Both the position numbers and the translations under genes were made by a program. Source: Balanoglossus misakiensis (taxonomy: Eukaryota; Animalia; Hemichordata). From it: 64,000 bases of DNA. The stretch covers positions 9,551,129 to 9,615,128 of the forward strand of contig CM082576.2 in the NCBI GenBank assembly GCA_040954595.2, written 5' to 3'. This document shows positions 53,205-64,000 of the stretch, piece by piece; position 1 is the first letter of the stretch; every line of letters starts with the position of its first letter. The notes under the pieces were generated by a model. The model was not told the DNA's origin. It saw only the letters and a list, made by a program, of their open reading frames with translations, and did no database searches.

Positions 53205-54581
53205 ATCCCCACGTATCCTCGCCTTGGGCTCAGAGCTATGGAAATATCACGCCTTTTCAAACGCGAAGTAGGTGGGGACGACTCCTAATAATATTTACAG
53301 GTTATCCACTCATCGCTATTGATCCGAACTGAGCTGATTAATTCACCCGAAGAAAGCCACACAAGTGACCTGGAGTGTTCAAAGGTGATTGATTCGACTC
53401 AAGCCGCGACCAAACGACCCTTATCACAGTGCAGTACACGGTTCCGCGTTTTGGGCAGGGGGCCGTGACACTTGCATGCAATTTGGGCGCAATTGGGGTC
53501 ACCTTGGTTGTGGTGTGGGCCTATACACCAATGCCGCATGCTTTTTGGCAACGATCACCACTTCCGTCTAAATTCAAGTTTTCCGAACACCGTGCCGCAG
53601 ATAATTAATCCACTCAAATTCGCTCATGACAAGGTTGGGTGAGTTAATAATATGGAGGTAATATAACCTCTTAATTTTAAAATATCATTTTTTTGGTCCA
53701 TACTGATGTTGACAAAAGTAAACTCATGATCAATCGTTTTGTGCAATAAAGGAATGATTCCATAGGTTCTGGAGGTTTGATTGACGACTGTATCGCATAT
53801 TTGTATCGGATATGCTCAGATATAGATGGGCCTAATTGGTTTTTGAAGCTGAGGTATTTTTTGACGTCGACTCAGTCGTGACCTTAAACCACCCCGCCCC
53901 CAAAAAGTGGCGACGTTTTTCCCACATTACGCAATAATTGCTAACTCGTCTCTGACCAACGGTGGCGCAGTGTGGGCTCATTCCACTTGCTTGTCAGGCC
54001 ACAGGTCTGGCACGCATCCGATTGGCTTATGGGCAGTACACAGGTTGTAATTTATGCGTCGTATTTAACGAGTTTGGGCTATTGAACATTGGCATTCCGG
54101 TTCAAGCCAAGGTCGTTGTCACTGGCCATCAGCAGCGTACGTTACGAAACTGTAAGTTGGATGTTAATTTTCTCTCGGCCTCTTTGTCCTAGTTGTTCGC
54201 TTTTTTTTCTGTGCCCGCATATATAAGAGGATCAGGTAACTGCGGTTGACGCGCACACGATCACCAAAGAGCGGTAGGGTTGACGGGCAGGGGGTGCCTT
54301 TGATCGAACCACGGGCAAACTCTGAGGTCAGCATTCGCAATATGGTGTAACGTATGCATACCTATCGTAATTAACCATGTATTTAGTACAAGGCCACGCA
54401 CAGGACGGCGATTCGACCGTGACCTCTCAGTCGGATTTTCGCTTTTTTGTACATTTTCCTCGACGTTTACCCAAACGGAATTACTCCATATACTATCAAG
54501 GATTTGTCGTGTTTTATGTGACGCGAGGGTTTCATTCACCAGGGTCGATAATGTATTAATTTGTCCGTTTTTCCTTCCGCA

Positions 54582-54783
54582 GCGACAGAGATATCTGGAC
54601 TTGACTAATAACGAGCTTGAAGCCATATAAGGTACAGAAGTGGGCACGGCGTTTTACTATACTCCACTGCCTCTACAATACGGTTATTAATTGCATTGCA
54701 ACACAATAGTCAGTGAGACCACGTGACCGCTAAGTTGCATATAACACAACAGACAGTGATAGGGAGCACTACAATATTACACA
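54582..54783 (+). promoter_or_regulatory. Proximal promoter/5'UTR of the bZIP gene with CArG box and E-box
   Basis: CCATATAAGG (54623-54632, perfect CC(A/T)6GG, also TATA-like) and CACGTGAC (54720-54727). An acceptor-like tttttccttccgcag ends at 54582. Confidence 0.45.
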
Positions 54784-55911
54784 ATGCCAATCGAAGCAGC
54801 CGCAACGGCGGTTCAGGTCATGCACCGTCGCTCGTTCGCGGATGTAAATATGGACCCGAAACGAAGTCCCCTGGATCCCGGCGAAGTCATGTCTGTTGAC
54901 CCAATCATGCAGGCCTCGGTCATCGACATGTCCAGTCGGAATTCATTGCGATCGGCCGCGGCGAAGCGGCCGCAATCCCACACGGACTCGGAGTCAGATG
55001 GGGAATCGTCGAGCGGATCAACCAGCACTGGCACACGCGGAGGTGTTCCTGGTTCGCCGTCTCCACCGAAAGCGCTGTACAAACAACACTTTCCGTATCC
55101 TGCCTCGATGATAAACGGCGCGATACGCCAGCAGGTCGGCAGGCCCATGCGCCCTTTCAAGCCGTACGCGGCCGGCCACGAGTTTCTACCGTACGCTGGA
55201 TTTGTTGGAGCAGCCAGCCTTCATCCGTACGCGGCATTGTCTATGAGGATGGGGATGACCCCGCTGCCGACAATGCCGCCAATGACACAAGGTCTCGCGC
55301 CCCATCTAATGACACTCGCCCACGAAGCCACCAAACGTGTACCTTCACCATCCCGTTTGGACCCGTCGTCCGAGAGAATGTGGATAAATTCAAAATCATC
55401 GTCATCGGTGTCCAGTCCACCGAACATGGATAGGGAAATGCATGACACTGCTTCTACTACCACCGTTACCTCAGGGAAATTAGCTACTCAAAATGGCAAT
55501 ATTGACAATTCACATATTGTAGAGAGTGTTGGCACACTCTCCACGGACAGTAGTAGTATCCCATCCACTTCATCATCGACGCACTCTTCGCTACCGGCAC
55601 CCACCTTGGCACCCTCGTCGCTATCGCATATGTCGTCGCGGGCCGCCGCGGCTTCCCCATCCGACAGGCTGGTCGGCTCGATGAGGAAACGGCGCTCGCT
55701 TCCCGACGAACTGAAGGACCAGTCGTACTGGGAACGCAGGCGAAAGAACAATGACGCGGCCAAGAGGTCGAGGGATGCCAGGAAAGCGAAAGAGGAGGAA
55801 GTCGCCATCAGAGCCGCCCTCCTGGAGCAAGAAAATATTAGACTACGGGTAGAGGTGGCAGCCTTGAAAGAAGAAACCGCCAGACTTCGTTGTTTGTTGT
55901 ATAACAGCTAG
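54784..55911 (+). CDS. giant/ces-2-like bZIP transcription factor (PAR-bZIP-related), 375 aa, single coding exon
   Basis: Uninterrupted ORF. C-terminal b[57 protein letters not shown]; N-terminal VIDMSSR and RPFKPY resemble the Giant VLDLS and RPFKA(Y/F) motifs; Ser/Pro-rich linker; no extended PAR domain. Confidence 0.88.
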   Translation: MPIEAAATAVQVMHRRSFADVNMDPKRSPLDPGEVMSVDPIMQASVIDMSSRNSLRSAAAKRPQSHTDSESDGESSSGSTSTGTRGGVPGSPSPPKALYKQHFPYPASMINGAIRQQVGRPMRPFKPYAAGHEFLPYAGFVGAASLHPYAALSMRMGMTPLPTMPPMTQGLAPHLMTLAHEATKRVPSPSRLDPSSERMWINSKSSSSVSSPPNMDREMHDTASTTTVTSGKLATQNGNIDNSHIVESVGTLSTDSSSIPSTSSSTHSSLPAPTLAPSSLSHMSSRAAAASPSDRLVGSMRKRRSLPDELKDQSYWERRRKNNDAAKRSRDARKAKEEEVAIRAALLEQENIRLRVEVAALKEETARLRCLLYNS

Positions 55912-58900
55912 AGTTACATCGTCCATGCCGTTTCCTGTGGTACAGTGTTTTGTTGTTTCACTGTCTACTATATATCTGACCGGGTAGAAAACAATCTTAT
56001 TTTGTAAATATGTACTGAAAAAAATAGATTTCACCAATATATCGAAATATGTCGAGCGATTTGCACCATTGGACATGAGACAAAAATCGTCGAAAATATT
56101 TGAGGGTTATATAACAGTTTGAGTAGCGTAATTACGTTCTTTATTTTGTAACCACTTCGTATAATCTTTTTTTTCTACGTGTATACTTTATTGAAGTCGT
56201 TAGGCTATATTCAGAGATCTGATTAACGCGAGCGGATTCCGAAAATTAATTTGAAGCGATTCGGTGGGTTGTTTTTTTGGATGAGTTGAGATGAGATCTC
56301 CCGCGTCGTCCGACGAAGTGAGGAGAGAGAGAGAAAGACAGTGGGCCTCGGAACCAGAAATTTACGTAATTTTACGTAACCCTTATGGGATATTGCGTAA
56401 TGATGGCTCATTGTTTGTACACGACTGTTTTGTTTAGGAATTGAGAAAGTCAGTTAGGATTCGATTTTTTTGGATGGCCTTATTGTGGGCTCGTGGATAT
56501 AGCCGACTTCTGATCATTCAGGGACAAGAAAAATTTCAACACGGCAGGGTACCGAAATTCATATATATCGTCAGGGACACTTTTATATACACGCAGTGTA
56601 ACTAGCTTTAGTTGTATATATATTTCACCACTGTCAAAGGGGGTGCCTTATTATTTTTTTGTACTGTAGCTATATATCGACCACATGTGGACTATACCAC
56701 CCATACGTGCGGTAATTTATGCATAAAATTAACACCCCGCACACATGCAAGGCGGTGTTGTTTTGCCCTTTCGCTAACAGGAATGCATGGCCGCCGTTTT
56801 ACACGCAACCTTGAATTTCTATCACGATCTGATTACTACGTGTGTGGAGATGCAAATAACCTAGAATATCGGCGGTTGACGAAATCGTTGTGTGAACGGA
56901 GCAAAACTGCAGCCGCGGGATCAATGTAGTGTAAAGAGAGCCATGGTAGTTCAGAAAGATGATGATTATTTTAATGTGTTCACTATGTTGACTTGAAATT
57001 CGTGCACAACTAACCAAACCACACTACACGGAAATTCTGACGGAACGTGTCCTTGCGTGTATAAATATCTCATCTCACCGAAAGCACATTAAAACCTGCT
57101 ATGTGAACACTAGCCTATACGAATATATCGTATGTGATGTGTCCGGATTTTTTGTTGTTGACATTTTGGGAAAAGAGGGAATCTTGTTGACGCAGTCTAG
57201 TCTTTTAATTCAAGCGACTCGCACTTATGTGTGATGGCCTTGACTGATCATCATCGTCGCCCGCGCATTTTCCTTTTCTGTGATGTAATTGCTGAGGTCA
57301 CGTCGCTCAGCCAAGCCTTGTCGAGTTGGATGGTTGAGGGCGCTGTTTGAACTTGAACTCAAACTTCCAACTCGTGATCGGAGACCGTGCAGAGACTGTT
57401 GTGGATACTAGGGTTCTGTCGCGCCACCAAGTCTGCGGTCACTGTCAGTTTGACCTGTCATAGCCAAGCACAATGGACCCAGGGTGTTCAGATATTTCCA
57501 GATTTAACGGTTCAGGTTCAAAAATCTTTTGGTGAAACTGTTGTGACACACGGGCACGCGCATTTATAGGACTGCACGTCTGCACGCAGGGTGGACTGTA
57601 AGGTGAGGTCTGAAACAAGCCTCTTGCGTTTACGCATTACACTTTCTCGGTGTGGCCGGGACTGACTAGAAGACGTGAATACGTGGAAGCAAGATGAGGC
57701 GAAAATAACCACCTGTTGCATAGTTTGCGCAGGATACTTCAGGTAGCTGTTACTCATAGTCTATCAAGCTTGAATCAGAACGACGCCAAGAAATCGTATC
57801 GTGTACTTAGCGTTGGCAGCGAAGTGGGTCTTCTCCCACCGTGCAGTGCTTTATCGAGACCTTCGTATGAAGTTGACAACCAACGCTGTCTACGACGCCA
57901 TCTAAAAAAACTTAGATTCTTAATTTGACAAACTTCGCGGTTGTGTCGAACGTTTACCCACACCGCCTAACTGAGTAAGCTTCTCCACCTGCCCTCTACA
58001 ACATCTCGAAGATGTGTTCGTGATCTTACGAACTTACCGCGGCGGCAAGGTACCTTCCATAAATTCGTTCGATGGTCAGTGTCATTGTCAGTACCATGCA
58101 TTACGTGCAAGACGATTGAGTGATGGAATGAGATGAGCCACGTGCTTTCAAAACGTAGTATTAAAACTCGACGCTTACAACTTTTCAATTCCTCGAAGCA
58201 TGATGACGAAATGCGCTGCATGTGTTTGCATCAGTATAACATTTTGACAGTTAAAAATAAGTCCGGATACAGGCCAGATCTATTTTTTCAACAATGACGA
58301 TAATGTACAATGCGTGGTATTCTGCTTGTCAAATACCAAGCATTTTAGCATCATATAGTACAGTTATATATTTTCAATGTATCGTGCCAGCAACTCCATG
58401 CAGTGCCATTTTTTATTGGATTAACTGCACTGGGTGTGAGGTGCTGGTGTTTCATTCCGGTAAATTCTTCTCTGAAGGTCGGGCCGACATTTTCAAAAGG
58501 CGAAAAAAACATACATCCTATAAAACCGGCACGACTGTATGAAAAACAAATGCAACTGATGTGTACATTTTCTGAGGTGCGGGCATATTGTTTTGTCTAT
58601 ATTTGGAACGAAGAGTAAAATAGAACCACTACCTGCCAGCGATAAAATAACCCTTTGTTTCCACATTTTCTATTATTTCGTATCATTTTTCACTTCAGAG
58701 GGTACTTTTCGCGACAATTCTAAATGAACACCCCGGCCCTGACGAATACAATGGCACCATGGAGTCATTACTACACCATTTTATGGCCTTATTTTTGTCA
58801 TTTGTGATCGTTCACGTTTGCTTTATGGTTTGTATGCATAAGCTGATTGTCTTCATAAGCTAACAACATAAAAATTAATATTTTTTTCTGGGTAATAAAA

Positions 58901-60780
58901 TTTGTCTATCTCTTCAGATGTACACGTGCGATGTAAACGAAAGCTCGCTTAAAACGCTGCCACAAACATTGCGGCCTTTCTCCCTGGGTCGATTTCGATC
59001 TGCCATCGCTAGGCCGGCGCGTGCAAAACTGAGAGGCTAGCATATTACATTAAATGTTACGTTGACGGCACGTCCATGTACAAGACTACATCCAGACACG
59101 TGACCCTCGGTGAATATCCCCTTAATTCTGTAAGTGTTGGATATCGTCACTGTGACCTTGGTCAGGCATCGTGACATCCGGGTACTATCCTATACTCGTC
59201 AATGCCATCCACGTCGAAATGCTGCACACACACGATTGACAGTAAAAATAAATGGAAGTGGGTTAAAGCAACGACATCAACCAGATATAAAACAAGTGTG
59301 TGCTGTACAAACTGTGCCTATTTTTCTATCTGAAACATATTCAGTCTTTTCTGGCTCAATAAATTTACTAATATTGGGCTATACCTGTTTTGGAGAGAGG
59401 GAGATAATATTGTTTTATTTTTTACTGCCAAGTGAAGATAATAGTTAAAATTTTATGAAACCTAATGTCTAGTTATTACTTCAGTACAATAGAAATAAAC
59501 ACATAAGCTTAATAGTGTTTTCAACATATTTCCTCTTTTTCTCGACCGCGAAACGACGGAGAAATGTGACTGCATGACAGGTGCAAGTTTATGAGTCACC
59601 ACCGAAATAATTCGGGAAACCAACGTGTATTTTTTTAATTAAATAAATTTGTTCTCCCAGGCCATTGTGATATTCATAGCGTTGTTACATGTTTTCTTTT
59701 AAAGCAAAAATCTACGAGAAATGAATAATAGAAAACAAGTTTTAAATGACCGCGCCCAAACAAAATTCTGTGCACCTGAACATATTTTACGCAACCGTTA
59801 CTGATATAGGCGACAAATAAAACGAACCCATAAGGTTTTGTATTTTTATTTCAACACGACACCTGTCACGTGATGCGCGCCCGCGATGATGACAACGAGG
59901 TCGGTGATGCGTGAATTGATACACACGATAGCCCCGGATGATAACGCTTCTGCTGCCGCCATCCCGTCAGGGTCAAAGTCATTACTTGACAACGCCGGCG
60001 CGGCGTCCCCACTGGAAACCGGCGTATCATTTGTCAAAATTTCCAGTCTCATGCATAATAAATGATATTCTCCTTTAACGGAGTAGGTTGTCGCATTGTC
60101 AATGCACAATAGACAGTGATGAATTCAACTCTAATGGACAAATTCAAAACGAACAATGTGCATGCCGCAATATCAATAATTAAAATTATTCTTAAATTTG
60201 TTTTTACCGGAAGTTTTTAATGGTTATATTGCGAAATTTAAACGTTAGGTAAACATGACTGCATGTGGAGCTGAAGGCTGCTGAATTTTTAACGTTTGGC
60301 AAATTATAATCTACCTTGAAAATATTTATCTGAAATTTGGTACACTGCAGTTGCAGTTCTGAAATGGATACAGCCGATTTTTTCATAAGTACGATAACAA
60401 ATATACATGTACCAACTGGAAAAACAATTTGGCGATGTAGAAATATGTGAGAGAAGTCAACAACGAAGAACGAGAAACGGATGTTGAGGGCGCTCTCTAG
60501 ACAATTCTTCGACTTGCGTGTTCAGCGTTCTTCTTAGCGCTCGCCAGAATTCAAAATTCATTGCTTGGCGAACCAGATCGACCGACGCAACATTCGACTT
60601 TGCTTTCGGTCACAACAACTACATTGAATGTGTGATATATTTTTACATTATCATTGCCGTATCACTCGAGAGTAAATAAAGCTGCCAATTTCAAAAACAT
60701 CAGTTAAATCGAAAAGTTTACAGCACAAATCAACATAAATTATTGGAATGTACATCAGATGGAGTGGACGTATAGTTAAA

Positions 60781-61434
60781 TAATAACACATGATAGCGAG
60801 GGCAATATCACGATTTGAAGCCTGCACGAGGGATGGTGATCTCTGACCATAATATTGATGATGCCCGAGCCGCAGGCGAGGGTATCATCAATATTGTGGT
60901 CAGAGATCACCAGCCCGAGGGCAGGCTTCAAATCGTGATGTTGCCCGAGCATCATGTGTTATTAATTTTATTACGCCGAACATTTGAACGTACATACACT
61001 GCAGCATAGAAGAACGTAGACGCGCGTCCATATGTCGTATGTTGCTGAGAATGTAAAATGTCTCGATCTCCCAAGAATTATATGATACCTACTTCGAACT
61101 TAGATTATTTTGAAAATACTGCGCTGTTGGTTGCAATTTTGGTGTATTTACTGCCCGTTTGCAGTAAAATATCGTCCAGTTGAACAGGTATTAAGCCTAT
61201 GTGTCGCTTTGAAGCCATAGATGCGAGAGTTGACTGATCGTGGAGGAAGCCATTGAACGACAGTTTGGAACGCGCAGAAGTCGCGCGCAGAACATCAAAA
61301 CAACCCAGCGGGCAATATCAGCGCACGCGACAGGGCTTTATCAACTCTAACCATGTTATATCACTTTTTTTTCTATATCACGTGAGCGCGTCTCAGCCAA
61401 TCACGAATACGGTATAATACGTGAGGTGTAATAA
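60781..61434 (+). mobile_element. Non-autonomous fold-back element (hairpin 60781-60964 plus tail); family uncertain, possibly Crypton-type
   Basis: ~90-bp inverted arms taataacacatgat...gatgatgccc / gggtatcatc...atcatgtgttatta around GAGCCGCAGGCGAG. Tail ctatatcacgtg..cgtctcagccaatca..ggtataata; a copy of gggcaatatca recurs at ~61310. Confidence 0.65.
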
Positions 61435-64000
61435 GTCTTCTATAAATCAATAGCAGTTTATTTGAGATTGGTTTTGCATGTATTTAGCATGTATTTGTTT
61501 TTGTTTACACTTGTGTATCTCGATTTCTGTGATTGTCTTTGTGTTTGACAATGTGCGTGGGTCATGTTCGCCAAGCATTCCAGTTAGCTACTTGTACATA
61601 ATTCTATATATTTTCTTGAGGGACTGTGAATGTGTGTTGTTAATCCCGGGTAAGAATACAGCCGGACTTTCGGGCAAAGCCTTTCAACCAGTGAAGACGG
61701 ATTCTAGAATAATCCCACTGGCGTGTTCAGGAGTGAAGTATGAAATCTGCCAAGCGTGGAAAGTATGCCCACGATTTGAGAACGCGCGTCGCCTGATTTC
61801 CCGGAGTAATGTTGAATTTGTCACGTACAATGCGTTTTCATAGAGTGTGCTCCGCAGTTCGCGAGCCTCTGATCTGAATTCTTCGCGCAGATCGAGCCAT
61901 GAGGAGCACGAAACTCGTGACTCTGGAGAGCGCCACCTGTAGGGCAATTTGACAGAATTGATTCTTCTGAGCACGGTATATGGGTTATATACCAAATCCC
62001 GCTTCCGCAATCAAAGCTCCTCTGTGGTTTATACTTTTAGGCCACTTTTCGGGCTGGTGTCACTTCACGGTGGTCTGGTATGATAGATGTGGCCAATAAA
62101 AAATTCTCGAGTCTGATATATACATCAGGTGTAAAGGCTCCAGATTATTATTGCTTTATTACGTCCCTTTGGTGGGAAACAAATTCGCCAAACAGACGAT
62201 GGAAGAGCTAAGGGGTTGTAGAGCCAAATTTGGAACTTCAAGATTCACCTGTTGACGGATTGTGGCGACATACTTGCCAAATTTACGGATAATTCAGTCG
62301 TGTGGGGGCGCTCGTGGCGCAGAATGGAGGTAAACCACCACAATGAAAGTGTCACCGGGGGGGGGGGGGGTCATGAATGGTGGACAATTATCTGGCATAA
62401 TCTCAAAGCTAGAACGACCTCCTTTAATGCTGTTCAAGTTAGAGCACGATTTCAGTCAAATTGTTGTTCCATGGTTACAGTGATTGAAAGCTCCAGGAAC
62501 TTTCAAAGATTCGCTATTTTACCCAATTTCCTCAAAGCACGACTGGAATACACACAATATGCTGTAAAGGGAGTGGGAATATAAAGTGGAGCATCGCGAC
62601 TCGCCTGGATGCATTTGGTTCTACGTCAAGCACACGCCGACAGTTGCGTTCTATCACGCCCTTTTGTAAAGTCCCAAATGATGCAGGGATGACGCGAGAG
62701 GAAATTTCAGTGCGAGAGAGTTGTATATATATTTTGTGTCCCTGCGTCATCAGATGTTTGCAATATTTCTGACAGATTAATCGCTTCGACAACTACCGAA
62801 AGACAACGACCCCCTGGGTGTGTTTTGGGTGACGCGCGCGCGGACGCCGCTGGATGAGCCGGCTGAGTCGTGTCAACGACCGGGTAGGCCTAGATGGTCG
62901 GAAGCAAAGTCTCATGAAATAAAACCGAACTACACAAAAGCGGGTACAACCTAGCACATGTACTGAATTGTACAAACTCATCCGAGTGTGTCACTGTGTA
63001 AAGGTTTGAAATATATGCCGAACGTACCAACGTGATAAATAATACGCGTACAATGACCGCGCACTGAGTATAAAAATATCCTACAAATGTGAGTAATTGT
63101 TACTGTGTTCTCGGCCTGAATTCCTTTTTGTATAGCGATTACCACAGCGGTGTTTTATTCTTGTACTTTACTTTCCATGGTAAAGGATTAAACAAAATTG
63201 TCTTACAGGCCTTTTGTGAGGAGTAATGGTCTCCGGGAAAAGTGCTCTAACTTGACACGCAAACTTTCTCCCTACTTCTCAGCCTCTCTGTCAGTCGATC
63301 TGTCAGTCTGTGTGTCTATCTCTGTCTGTCTGCCTGTCTATCTGTCAACAATAAAACAATATCAAAAAAGTGCCAGGTAGGTTTTTATTCTATTTTCCGG
63401 CGCAAGAGATATAATGAGAAGCACTTTCGCATTGTTTTTGCGAAAACCCGATTGTAAACAATAAACTTTGACGGCATTCCTGGACGCTGTTTAATTTTCG
63501 AGTTTAATACCCCAGAATCATGTTGCCGACGACACGCGCCAATCATTAACCGGGGCATCAAAATGGATCTATTCCAGCTCTTTTATAAATTATTGCAGAC
63601 GGAAGTGACTAATTCGAAATGACTATACTCGCTGCCTATGCCTGGATTTTCTGCAGCGATACACAGCCGGGTTTTAAAAGAATAAGGCTTCCAAACCACG
63701 CGGGTCGGTACGAGCATCTGTGGACATCAAGTAACAACCGTAAATTATATATGATTATCTTCTTTGCATAACATACTTGGAGACGTTCGGCATTTCTCAA
63801 AAGTAGGTCGGCGATGAAGTTTGTAAAGTTATGTACAAAAGTAAATGTATCGATCCGCAAGTCATCGGAAGGGTTGCTTCACGAAGGATTTGGGGACCCA
63901 ATATTTTATCATTTTTAATTTTAACGTTTAATACCTCAGAACCATGCTATTATGCCGAGGCTCAGTCACACGTGGTCGTTTCAGTGCGGGTCGGGGGCAG

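Overview
Eukaryotic (metazoan, invertebrate-like; a deuterostome such as a hemichordate is a guess) genomic DNA with GT-AG introns. The left ~35 kb is gene-dense. It holds a 5'-incomplete ZU5-UPA-death-domain (UNC5C-like) gene (+), a 20-exon cytosolic C1-THF synthase MTHFD1 (-) head-to-head with 23-exon kinetochore scaffold KNL1 (+), and TEX43/SPMIP10 (-) head-to-head with MRPS12 (+). The right ~29 kb is a CpG-richer gene desert around one single-coding-exon giant/ces-2-like bZIP gene, with MITEs, long fold-back elements and microsatellites. Exon models were built by hand from splice sites and phase consistency; identities come from remembered motifs, not database searches. Best leads: (1) the 5.6 kb MTHFD1 intron at the domain boundary, with a coding-like read-through tail and a candidate frame-shifting exon; (2) two unrelated fold-back elements with strand-specific tandem GA/GA mismatches; (3) a phased cluster of PAR-bZIP sites behind the bZIP gene; (4) a decayed secreted-peptide-like gene in the desert.
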